This document shows positions 1 through 8,137 of a stretch of DNA of 61,043 nucleotides, piece by piece. The notes below the pieces were generated by a model that saw nothing but the letters and a program-made list of their open reading frames with translations, did no database searches and was not told the origin of the DNA. A program made the translations under genes and the position numbers. The first letter of the stretch is position 1, and every line of letters starts with the position of its first letter. The stretch is from a virus (Duplodnaviria; Caudoviricetes). The stretch covers positions 1 through 61,043 of the IMG/VR virus record IMGVR_UViG_3300025687_007811; one strand, given 5' to 3'.

Positions 1-63
1 ATAAGGGAATTGGTGAATTTTCTAAACTAAAAAATGCTTGTGACAACTTAGAGGAATGGCTGA

Positions 64-537
64 ATGAATAAATCTTATCACTTTTTTTATAGAACAGCTT
101 CACCGTTTTCTAATTGGCATTATTCGCCGTTTTGGTATCGAGGCGTTCGTTATAATTGTGTCGAACAGTTTATGATGGCTCATAAAGCGAAATTGTTTAA
201 GGATAAAGAAACACTAGATGCCATTATGGAAACTGAGTCCCCAAGAGAACAGAAGCGGCTTGGTCGTAAGGTTAAAAATTTTGATCCAGAAGTTTGGGAT
301 TCTGTTTGTCAACAGATTGTTTTCACTGGATGCTGGCACAAAATTGACGAAAATGAAGACATTCGACTTGCACTCTTGAGAACCGAAGATAAAATCTTGG
401 TCGAGGCGTCACCAACCGATAGGATTTGGGGAATTGGATTCTCAGAAGAGGACGCTTTAAAAGATGGTAACATATATCGTTGGGGTCAAAACCTACTAGG
501 AATTATTTTAACAGAAATTAAAGTTGGGATATCGTAA
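64..537 (+). CDS. NADAR family protein (YbiA/RibX-like N-glycosidase)
   Basis: FSNWH, EQFMMAHKA.LF.D, LVEASP.DRIWGIG and GQNLLG motifs. Confidence 0.92.
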   Translation: MNKSYHFFYRTASPFSNWHYSPFWYRGVRYNCVEQFMMAHKAKLFKDKETLDAIMETESPREQKRLGRKVKNFDPEVWDSVCQQIVFTGCWHKIDENEDIRLALLRTEDKILVEASPTDRIWGIGFSEEDALKDGNIYRWGQNLLGIILTEIKVGIS

Positions 538-2087
538 TGTTTAACTTTTTTGATCCATTCAAAGATGATATTTGTTTTGAACGCCTGTTCATTACTAGTG
601 ATCTACATGCTTACCACAAGAATATTTGTGCTGGAAGCACTGACTGGGATCGTGGTGCTGATCGACAGTTTGATAATCCAATTGAAATGACCAATACGCT
701 AATTGAAAATATTAATGAGACTGTTGGTGAAAACGATCTTCTAATTAGTATGGGTGATTGGGCTTTTGGTGGTCCAGATAAGGCAAGGAAGTTTCGTAAC
801 CTGATTAATTGCCGAAACATTGCTCATATTTTTGGAAACCATGACAAGAATGCATGGAAGAATCGCGACATGTTTATTTGGACCGGACACTACAACGAGT
901 TCCGGTTTGACAAGAAGCTTATTTGTATGATGCATTACCCATTGGCAAGCTGGAATGAAAGCGGTCGTGGTAGCATCATGCTACACGGACATTGTGTAGA
1001 TAAGGAAACAGAAATTCTTACATATTCTGGATGGAAAAAACATGATCAAATTATTGTTGGTGAGCCATTACCCACATATAGTCAGCAATTGGGAAAAATT
1101 GTTGACGATACTGTAAAAGATGTATTATCATTTGATTATATTGGCGATATGTATACACATGAAGGAAAATCTATTAATCTAAGGGTTACTTCTAATCATA
1201 CAATGATTCATTTTGGTCAATCTGATCATATCGTGCATAAAATATCTGCTCAAGACTTATTTAAAAGAAAAACGGCTAAATTCAAAAGGTGTGGAATCCA
1301 CACTAATCAATCTGGCATCAAATTAAGCAATGATCTTATTAAGTTGTACGTCCTTATTTCCTCTGATGGTTCTGTAAAAAATGATACTAAATTAGTACGT
1401 ATTAGGATTAAAAAAGACCACAAACAGAAATATCTAAGATCTGTATTAAAGAAACTTGATTTAGACTTCGAGGAACTAAAGAACGACAAATATGTTTCTT
1501 TTAATTTTTATCTTCCTGAAGAACTATCGAAGTTTAAGATCAAAGGAAATGATCCACAATTAGATGATATAAATCAGGAACAATTTAAAATTCTTCTGGA
1601 AGCATATGCACATTCTGATGGTAATAAAAATGGAAAGGGTTATATTATCTATTCCTCAAAAGAGGGTGAAATTGATCAGCTTCAAATGATTGCTATTCAG
1701 AATGGATTCGGTGCAACAAAGCATGAGAGAGTTCATGGATTTAGTTCTAATCCATCATATCAGCTTTCCGTGTATCCATCTAAATTTAATAATATTCAAA
1801 AGCTAGATGAAAGACACTCTATTGAAAATGTTCAAAATGAATTTGTGTGGTGCATCAAGACTCACAACCAAAACTTTTTTATGAGAAGGATGGGCAAAGT
1901 TCATTTAACCGGCAATTGTCATAATCACCTGCATTCTGATTTTACTCGTGGTAGGATTTTTGATGTTGGCGTTGACAATCCACGATGGAATTTTCGACCA
2001 GTAGCTTTTAGTGAACTGTTCAAGATTGCCATGAATACTGATATTTTTGTAAGCGATCATCATAGTGGTGATCTGAAGGGATGGTAA
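537..2087 (+). CDS. Calcineurin-like metallophosphoesterase interrupted by an intein
   Basis: DLH, GD, GNHD, H and HGH/CH motifs; the last motif is split by a 308-aa insert. Confidence 0.9.
   Translation: MFNFFDPFKDDICFERLFITSDLHAYHKNICAGSTDWDRGADRQFDNPIEMTNTLIENINETVGENDLLISMGDWAFGGPDKARKFRNLINCRNIAHIFGNHDKNAWKNRDMFIWTGHYNEFRFDKKLICMMHYPLASWNESGRGSIMLHGHCVDKETEILTYSGWKKHDQIIVGEPLPTYSQQLGKIVDDTVKDVLSFDYIGDMYTHEGKSINLRVTSNHTMIHFGQSDHIVHKISAQDLFKRKTAKFKRCGIHTNQSGIKLSNDLIKLYVLISSDGSVKNDTKLVRIRIKKDHKQKYLRSVLKKLDLDFEELKNDKYVSFNFYLPEELSKFKIKGNDPQLDDINQEQFKILLEAYAHSDGNKNGKGYIIYSSKEGEIDQLQMIAIQNGFGATKHERVHGFSSNPSYQLSVYPSKFNNIQKLDERHSIENVQNEFVWCIKTHNQNFFMRRMGKVHLTGNCHNHLHSDFTRGRIFDVGVDNPRWNFRPVAFSELFKIAMNTDIFVSDHHSGDLKGW
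993..1916 (+). mobile_element. Intein with degenerate LAGLIDADG endonuclease domain
   Basis: Starts CVDKETEILT, block B VTSNH, ends VWCIKTHNQNFFMRRMGKVHLTGN|C; LAGLIDADG-like VLISSDGSV and AYAHSDGN. Confidence 0.88.
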
Positions 2088-2182
2088 TATGATACAATAA
2101 CCTACTCCTAAAACTTAAAATGGTGTATTTATTAATAGGCGGTTTAACCGGATTAAATATACCTTTCTGCTGGAGTAAGTTA

Positions 2183-3013
2183 ATGTTAACAAGAAAATGC
2201 CCAATATGCGAAAAAATTTTAGAATATAAGTCACAAAGCGGATACTATACAGCTAATAAAAAAAACTCAAAATGTAGAGCATGTGCTAGTCGCGATTCTG
2301 GTTTTATATCCCGTTTTGCAACAAAGGGTGAAAACACAGGAAAAAATAATGCTTTCTTTGGGAAAAATCACTCTCCAGAAGCAAAGTCAAAAATTAGTTC
2401 TTCTAAAATAGGAAGTAAGCACTCAGAAAAAACAAAAGAAAAGCTAAGGAGGCTAAACACAGGAGAAAACAACCCTATGCATGGAAAAACATTCTATGAA
2501 ATATGGGAAAAAAAATATGGCAAAAAGAAAGCCAGTCATTTATTAGACAAGAAAAAACAAAAAAATAGAGAAGCTTCAAGCGGTAAAAAAAATCCAATGT
2601 ATAATAAGCCATCCCCGAATGGGTCTGGAAATGGATACAAGGGATGGTATAAAGGAAAGTTTTTTAGATCATTACGTGAAGTATGCTACATGATCCAAAT
2701 GGATAATAATTGCATCGACTGGAAAAGTGCTGAAAATATATCAATACCATATCAATTTCATGGAAAAGATCGAACCTATAGACCAGACTTTATAATTAAT
2801 GGTTCTATAATTGTAGAAATAAAGCCAAAGAAGTTATGGGAAACCCCTAGTGTTAAAGCAAAAGTAGATGCAGCAAAAAAATATTGTGATGCAAATAATT
2901 TACAATATAGCCTAATAGATGTTCAGGTAGATCGCTCATTAATAAAAAAAAATATAGAACAAATTACTTTTATGGAAAAATATAGAAAGAGGTTTAATGA
3001 TTACGATGTATGA
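2183..3013 (+). CDS. Putative homing endonuclease: NUMOD3-type repeats plus C-terminal PD-(D/E)xK nuclease
   Basis: GKNHSPEAKSKIS, GENNPMHGK and GKKNPMYNK repeats; YRPDFII..IVEIK; start chosen at the ATG after GGAG. Confidence 0.75.
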   Translation: MLTRKCPICEKILEYKSQSGYYTANKKNSKCRACASRDSGFISRFATKGENTGKNNAFFGKNHSPEAKSKISSSKIGSKHSEKTKEKLRRLNTGENNPMHGKTFYEIWEKKYGKKKASHLLDKKKQKNREASSGKKNPMYNKPSPNGSGNGYKGWYKGKFFRSLREVCYMIQMDNNCIDWKSAENISIPYQFHGKDRTYRPDFIINGSIIVEIKPKKLWETPSVKAKVDAAKKYCDANNLQYSLIDVQVDRSLIKKNIEQITFMEKYRKRFNDYDV

Positions 3014-3491
3014 GAAAAATTTATTTATCTGTAGGGGCTTACCATCTTCTGGCAAAACCTACGCTGCTAATAAGCTACGCAAGTTTCTGCAAGTGAACAA
3101 TAGCGACTGTTTTATCTTCTCAACCGATGATCATTGGTTGGATGAAAACGGTGTCTATAATTTTCAGCCGCAATATCTTGCAAAAGCCCATAGGTGGAAT
3201 CGTGATCGTGTTGCTACGGCGATGGAAAAGCATGTTCGCAATATCGTCGTAGACAATACGAACACAACCCTAAAAGAGATGAAAGCCTATATTGATTTAG
3301 CCCGAAATAATGGTTATGGGGTAACACTTGTTTACCCGAATACCAGTTGGGCGTGGAATGTTCAGGAGTGTGCCAAACGGAATTCTCACGGGGTTCCGCT
3401 GGAAACTATCCAGAAAATGTTTGACAGATTCGAAGGACATGCTACAATTGAGGGAAAGCTTGGAGAAGTCAATTATTTAGGAATTAAGTAA
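2997..3491 (+). CDS. P-loop polynucleotide kinase (AAA_33/N4BP2-like)
   Basis: RGLPSSGKT, STDD, VVDNTN, RNSHGVP motifs; adjacent to RNA ligase. Confidence 0.85.
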   Translation: MITMYEKNLFICRGLPSSGKTYAANKLRKFLQVNNSDCFIFSTDDHWLDENGVYNFQPQYLAKAHRWNRDRVATAMEKHVRNIVVDNTNTTLKEMKAYIDLARNNGYGVTLVYPNTSWAWNVQECAKRNSHGVPLETIQKMFDRFEGHATIEGKLGEVNYLGIK

Positions 3492-4573
3492 TGAAGATTT
3501 TGGAAATGCTTCGGTCTGGTGTAACCCTACAGGAACTTGAGTCGAAGTATGGAATTAAAAGCAACTGTCATGAAGACGGTCGAGTTATCTTAAACTATGA
3601 CCAGATCGATTCTTATAATCATCGATTTACCGATTTCGTCCGCGAGTGTCGCGGTCTAGTTACTCACAAAGATGGCTGGCCGCTAATTGCTCGTGCTTTT
3701 GATCGATTCTTCAATTTGGGTGAATACCCAAAAGAACAGAATCAGTTTGTGTGGGAGGATTGTTTAGGATACCATAAGGAAGATGGATCTTTAATCATCG
3801 TGTATCGATGGAATGATAAATGGCATCTAAACACACGTAATTCATTTGGTGATGGAGAGGTTAATAATTCCGGCATGTCTTGGCGTGATTTGTTCACAAT
3901 TGCCTTGCCGGGCTGGGAACTGAATCTACACCCACATTATACTTATTGTTTCGAACTTTGTTCTCGTTATAATAAGATTGTGCGTGATTACAAAGAGCCA
4001 ACGGCGTACCTGTTGACATGTTTTGATGGATCAAATGAATGCAGTCCTTCATTCGTTTCAAATGAGACCTCTTGGATTGGTGCTTGTCTACCAGAAGTTA
4101 ATGGTTTTGGTAACGAAGTAGATGCACAGCGTTATATTGAGGAATTGGTTAAGAACGACAAAACGTTCGAGGGTCTTGTATTGCGAGACATTCATGACCG
4201 TCGTATTAAAATCAAATCCGCAGAGTATATTGCTTTGCATCGACTAAACAATAACGGTAACATCCTTCATCCAAAGAATATTCTCCCTTTTATCTTGAAG
4301 GGCGAAGAAGATGAGGTCTTGCAGTATTTTCCAGAAATTTCAGAGCAAACGCTTGAAATCAAGGCGTTTGTTGATAAAATGAAGGAAGAGCTAGACAACA
4401 TCTGGTTTTCATATGGAGATATTAAAAATCGCAAGCGGTTCGCACTTGCAGTCAAGGATCATCCGTTGTCTGGATATTTGTTTGAGGCAAGAAAAAAAGA
4501 AAGCCATCCCGTTGAGGAAATGCTTTCAAGCCCAGAACTTCTGTTAAAACTTATCATAAGGAATAAAGAATGA
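3491..4573 (+). CDS. rnlA: T4 Rnl1-like ATP-dependent RNA ligase
   Basis: RECRGL, AFDRFFN, motif I KEDGSL, FEL, motif IV EGLV, motif V KIK. Confidence 0.9.
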   Translation: MKILEMLRSGVTLQELESKYGIKSNCHEDGRVILNYDQIDSYNHRFTDFVRECRGLVTHKDGWPLIARAFDRFFNLGEYPKEQNQFVWEDCLGYHKEDGSLIIVYRWNDKWHLNTRNSFGDGEVNNSGMSWRDLFTIALPGWELNLHPHYTYCFELCSRYNKIVRDYKEPTAYLLTCFDGSNECSPSFVSNETSWIGACLPEVNGFGNEVDAQRYIEELVKNDKTFEGLVLRDIHDRRIKIKSAEYIALHRLNNNGNILHPKNILPFILKGEEDEVLQYFPEISEQTLEIKAFVDKMKEELDNIWFSYGDIKNRKRFALAVKDHPLSGYLFEARKKESHPVEEMLSSPELLLKLIIRNKE

Positions 4574-4818
4574 GAACCTTTGAGAACGATCATATTGTCT
4601 ACGACATTTGTGCTAAATATCACAATGGTTCACTCAATGAGTTGCAGGCTATGTATCAGCTTCAGGCAACTGGTCTGTCTCAAAAAGAGGCAGATCAGCA
4701 ACTGACCGACTTTTACCGCGTTCATATTAATCCGTCAGTTTTGCTAGTAAAGATTGTGGGCGTTTTTGTGATTGCCGTTTTAGTTCTATCCCTTTTTCTT
4801 TTCTTGATTTCACCGTAG
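4570..4818 (+). CDS. Small membrane protein
   Basis: Overlaps ligase stop; C-terminal hydrophobic segment. Confidence 0.55.
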   Translation: MRTFENDHIVYDICAKYHNGSLNELQAMYQLQATGLSQKEADQQLTDFYRVHINPSVLLVKIVGVFVIAVLVLSLFLFLISP

Positions 4819-4828
4819 GAGAATAGCA

Positions 4829-5038
4829 ATGGCGAAGTACAATACTGCTGTTAAGCATGAGGGCAAGTTGACAAAAATCACGACTCCATCAAGGTTTGGT
4901 TCACACAAATCTATGGTTGTCGAACACCTAGAAGATGGAAGAGTTGTTTGCCGCGATGATTACGGGGATTATACAACCTCCGTATCGCGTCTGGATAACG
5001 GATTGGCCGATCCCAATCGCTATTCAAGAAAAATGTAA
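4829..5038 (+). CDS. Hypothetical protein
   Basis: GGAG RBS, in operon. Confidence 0.6.
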   Translation: MAKYNTAVKHEGKLTKITTPSRFGSHKSMVVEHLEDGRVVCRDDYGDYTTSVSRLDNGLADPNRYSRKM

Positions 5039-5088
5039 AAAACTCTCTACAAAATCCTCTTCTTAGGAGTATAATAATGTAGACATGA

Positions 5089-5162
5089 CGCGGAGGGCAG
5101 GTCGGTATCTGAGTTAGCCTCATAAGCTAATCCAAATATGGTTCAACTCCATACTTTCGCTA
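5089..5162 (+). tRNA. tRNA-Met(CAU), possibly initiator-like
   Basis: ttagc-ctcataa-gctaa anticodon arm; tatgg-ttcaact-ccata T arm. Confidence 0.8.
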
Positions 5163-5164
5163 CT

Positions 5165-5400
5165 TATCGGTGCGGGGATATTTAGATATAGTTCACGAGG
5201 GAGGCCCGCACAACCTCCGTGATTAAATTCTTACTGAAAAATGTGTAGAGCTATATTGTTTTTAACGTATTAAAGGTTTGTATCAATGAGTAATATAACA
5301 AGAAAACCCGAATGGCATCAAGTGTCTGAATTATCTTCAGTCATTCGCGGACTCTTTGCGTATGCCGTTGATAATGGTCCAAGCTAATAATACGTTCACC
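5165..5400 (+). ncRNA. Unassigned structured RNA with pseudoknot
   Basis: At least five complementary stem pairs, no ORF, lies between a tRNA and a terminator. Confidence 0.55.
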
Positions 5401-5410
5401 AAATGAGTAC

Positions 5411-5448
5411 AAGGCTAGGTGAACGAAAGTTTTCCTAGCCTTTTTTTT
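5411..5448 (+). terminator. Rho-independent terminator
   Basis: aaggctagg...cctagcctt followed by T-run. Confidence 0.85.
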
Positions 5449-5470
5449 GTGTCTACGACACGATTTAAAT

Positions 5471-5542
5471 GGGATCACCAGCGGGACTGGCGACGGGTCT
5501 TGCAAATCCGTTTGTAGAAGGGTTCGACTCCCTCGGGTTCCA
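5471..5542 (+). tRNA. tRNA-Ala(UGC)
   Basis: Loop cttgcaa; G3:U70 and A73. Confidence 0.8.
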
Positions 5543-5549
5543 CTTAAAA

Positions 5550-5636
5550 GGCGGGTTGACAGAGAGGTAATGTGTCTGTTTCGAAAACAGAAGCCGGTTT
5601 GAAAAAGCCGAAGGCGTTCGATTCGCCTACCCGCCG
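5550..5636 (+). tRNA. tRNA-Ser(CGA)
   Basis: tctgt-ttcgaaa-acaga; long variable arm; G73. Confidence 0.9.
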
Positions 5637-5668
5637 CTCAAAAATCTGGGAAACCAGAAAAACGATCC

Positions 5669-5696
5669 TTGACAACTGAAAAACAAGTGGTAAAAT
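5669..5696 (+). promoter_or_regulatory. Sigma70-like promoter
   Basis: TTGACA-16 bp-TAAAAT with extended TG. Confidence 0.7.
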
Positions 5697-5743
5697 AAAA
5701 GTGTGGACAGGGCAGTAAGCGAGAAAGTCCATCCACACTACAT

Positions 5744-5816
5744 GCGGAGCGGAAGGTTGGTGATCTTAGAGCTTCTTATAAAGGTTCTCAACTGCGTTCG
5801 AATCGCAGGCTCCGTA
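5744..5816 (+). tRNA. tRNA-Ile(UAU)
   Basis: gcggagc/gctccgt acceptor; loop cttataa; ctgcg-ttcgaat-cgcag. Confidence 0.8.
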
Positions 5817-5905
5817 CTTTTTTAAAAAATCGCAAATTTAACAGCTTATAAGACCTTTTGGCGTATATAATACTGAGACAGTATATTTTACACAAAGGGG
5901 TAACA

Positions 5906-6349
5906 ATGGCCAAAGAGACTAAATTTTGTAAAAAATGCAATCAAGAAAAACATGTTGACGATTTTCCCATACGGCAAGTAAGCAACTCAAGCGGAGGAAA
6001 AACTCGAAAAAGAAGACACGAGTGTCGATTATGCTACAATGAATACATCAAGAATTACTTAAAAGGAAATAGTAAGCATAAGGAACGAGTTGCAAACGGC
6101 AAACAAGCAAAAAGAAACAAGGTACGAGAAATAAAAGAAAAATCTGAATGTCAAATTTGCGGGTACAATAAAACACCAAATGCTTTACACTTTCATCATA
6201 TTGATCCTAAAGATAAAAAATTCAATATAGGATGGGCGTGTGGAGAGGGAAGAAAATGGTCTGATATTGAAAAAGAAATGAAAAAGTGTGTAATACTGTG
6301 TGCAAACTGTCATGCAGAAGTTGAAGATGGAACAACTAAGTTGGAATAA
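5906..6349 (+). CDS. HNH endonuclease
   Basis: CxxC motifs, ALHFHHIDP...KCVILCANCH. Confidence 0.88.
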   Translation: MAKETKFCKKCNQEKHVDDFPIRQVSNSSGGKTRKRRHECRLCYNEYIKNYLKGNSKHKERVANGKQAKRNKVREIKEKSECQICGYNKTPNALHFHHIDPKDKKFNIGWACGEGRKWSDIEKEMKKCVILCANCHAEVEDGTTKLE

Positions 6350-6355
6350 TACAAT

Positions 6356-6436
6356 GGCGAGACTTCTGAGTGGGATCAGAATTGGTCTGTAACACCAATG
6401 CTCTTGAGCTAAGCGGTTCGATTCCGTATCTCGTCA
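6356..6436 (+). tRNA. tRNA-Tyr(GUA)
   Basis: ttggt-ctgtaac-accaa; variable arm; A73. Confidence 0.85.
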
Positions 6437-6490
6437 CTCGGCTAAATCTGATCAGTCCCTTTGGCTCATGACTGAAGGGTGCCGAAACCA

Positions 6491-6561
6491 CACGAATTGG
6501 TGTAACGATAGCACACTCTCCAGATAGGGGAGGAGTCGGGGTTTAATTCCTTGGTTCGTGA
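6491..6561 (+). tRNA. Atypical tRNA-like gene (nominal anticodon GAU, A33, T-loop TTTAATT)
   Basis: Full cloverleaf cacgaat/gttcgtg but loop cagatag. Confidence 0.65.
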
Positions 6562-6565
6562 CTTT

Positions 6566-6653
6566 ATACAGAGATTACCCACAGCGTGCCTAATAAACAC
6601 GTCCACTAAAATAGTGGGAAGTTCTGGAAAGGCTCGATTTCTTGTTCCTGTAT
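6566..6653 (+). ncRNA. Degenerate tRNA-like or structured RNA
   Basis: atacag/ctgtat closing stem, internal hairpins, T-loop-like ctcgatt. Confidence 0.35.
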
Positions 6654-6669
6654 TAAAAAAATCGAAAAC

Positions 6670-6742
6670 GGCACTATGGTCTAATGGTAAGGACGTTACT
6701 CTTTCAAAGTAAAGTTGGCGGGTTCGACTCCCCCTAGTGTCA
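6670..6742 (+). tRNA. tRNA-Glu(UUC)
   Basis: ttact-ctttcaa-agtaa; canonical cloverleaf. Confidence 0.9.
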
Positions 6743-6838
6743 CTTTTTCTACAAAAACTCAAATTTTAATGTCAATTTATAACTGATTGAGGGTTCGAAT
6801 GGGGTATAATATCTTGGTTCAAGATAAGGAGGGGATCA

Positions 6839-7555
6839 ATGCATACATACACCAAAGAAGAATTAGTAGAAGCTGTGCAACAAAGTCTGTCATATGCACA
6901 AGTATTTAAATATTTAAATCTCAGTGTTAGCGGATCTAGCTACAAATATTTAAAAGAAAACATTAAAAAATACAAGATAGACGTTTCTCATTTTAAAAAA
7001 GGAAATGCGTCTAAAAATAGATCTAACAAAAAAACTTGGCAACAAATATTGATAATAGAAACTAATGGAAGAAGAACAAAACACTCCATTCTAAAAAGAG
7101 GCTTAATTGAATACGGGAGAGAATACAAATGCGAAAGTTGTGGTAACGATGGTCAATGGAATGGTAAATCTATAACTTTACACATTGATCATATTAATCA
7201 AAACTGGCAAGACAATAGACCAAAAAATTTACGCTTTCTTTGTCCCAACTGTCATTCTCAAACTGACCAATGCAAGAAAAATAGGAAGCATAATACAGCC
7301 GGTGCCAAATATAAATGTATAAAATGTGAATCTAATGTTTGGAAAAAGGGTACATATTGTAGGCCGTGTACTATAGAACGGCAAAATAGAATTCAATGGC
7401 CTAACAAAGAAGAGTTGGAAAAGTTAGTATGGAAAAAACCCACATCGCAATTAGCTGAAGAATTTGGAGTCTCAGACAAAGCTGTAGAAAAGTGGTGTAA
7501 AAAATACAATATTAAGAAACCTACGAGGGGGTATTGGCAAAAACAACATAATTAA
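6839..7555 (+). CDS. HNH endonuclease with C-terminal HTH
   Basis: TLHIDHIN...DNRPKNLRFLCPNCHSQT; LAEEFGVSDKAVEKWC. Confidence 0.9.
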   Translation: MHTYTKEELVEAVQQSLSYAQVFKYLNLSVSGSSYKYLKENIKKYKIDVSHFKKGNASKNRSNKKTWQQILIIETNGRRTKHSILKRGLIEYGREYKCESCGNDGQWNGKSITLHIDHINQNWQDNRPKNLRFLCPNCHSQTDQCKKNRKHNTAGAKYKCIKCESNVWKKGTYCRPCTIERQNRIQWPNKEELEKLVWKKPTSQLAEEFGVSDKAVEKWCKKYNIKKPTRGYWQKQHN

Positions 7556-7558
7556 CAA

Positions 7559-7648
7559 TAGGCAGAGTCAGATATTGGTTTGCTGTACTAGTTTTGGAAA
7601 CTAGTGGTGAATAAAGTAGCCGTGCGGGTTCGATTCCCGTCTGCTTGA
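7559..7648 (+). tRNA. tRNA-Pro(UGG) with long variable arm
   Basis: ctagt-tttggaa-actag; G72, A73; class II-type variable arm. Confidence 0.7.
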
Positions 7649-7650
7649 CT

Positions 7651-7707
7651 GGTGAGTAATGGCAAGAATACCGGTTTCTTGGGTAGGTTCGATTCCTATC
7701 ATCACCG
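7651..7707 (+). ncRNA. D-armless tRNA-like RNA
   Basis: ggtga/tcacc acceptor, caagaa-taccggt-ttcttg arm, gtagg-ttcgatt-cctat T arm, no D stem. Confidence 0.6.
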
Positions 7708-7786
7708 CTTTAATAAAAACACCTATCTGATCAATAGGTAATTATCAACAAAATAGGTTCTGATCAAACTGATAGTTGTTGGTAAT

Positions 7787-7857
7787 TGTTTAGTGGTGTA
7801 ACGGAAACACGTCCGGCGGCAAGCCGGGAGATATGGGTTCGAATCCCATCTAAATGA
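7787..7857 (+). tRNA. Atypical tRNA-like gene (loop CGGCAAG, nominal GCA, G33, A73)
   Basis: Canonical D and T arms; non-canonical anticodon loop. Confidence 0.65.
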
Positions 7858-7867
7858 CTTCGTATAA

Positions 7868-7958
7868 AGCCAGATACGCTAATTAGGTAAGCGACGAAGC
7901 TGTTAACTTCGTGTAGTCCGTCTAGAACGGTATGGGAGTTCGAGTCTCTCTCTGGCTG
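7868..7958 (+). tRNA. tRNA-Asn(GUU) with long variable arm
   Basis: cgaag-ctgttaa-cttcg; variable hairpin ccgt-ctaga-acgg; G73. Confidence 0.8.
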
Positions 7959-7966
7959 CTAAACAC

Positions 7967-8040
7967 ACCCGATCAGCAGGTGGGTACTGCGAAAAGTCTC
8001 CAAAACTTTTGCTTAGAGAGTTCGATTCTCTCGTCGGGTG
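7967..8040 (+). tRNA. tRNA-Trp(CCA)
   Basis: aaagt-ctccaaa-acttt; G73. Confidence 0.85.
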
Positions 8041-8052
8041 CTTTTTTTACAT

Positions 8053-8135
8053 GCCGTCGTGGTATAATTGGTTGTACACCGGTCTCTTAAACCGGGGGAG
8101 AAATCCCAATGCAGGTTCGAGTCCTGTCGGCGGTA
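8053..8135 (+). tRNA. tRNA-Lys(CUU) with long variable arm
   Basis: ccggt-ctcttaa-accgg; variable hairpin ggga-gaaa-tccc. Confidence 0.82.
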
Positions 8136-8137
8136 CT

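Noticed and set aside
5701-5738. Small hairpin gtgtgga/tccacac as SRP RNA
   Set aside because: Lacks the SRP domain IV motif; more likely a 5' leader hairpin after the promoter.
6440-6490. Possible hammerhead or theta (HDV-like) ribozyme after tRNA-Tyr
   Set aside because: The core is CUGAUCA rather than CUGANGA with no properly placed GAAA, and there are too few nucleotides for HDV P2/P3/L3.
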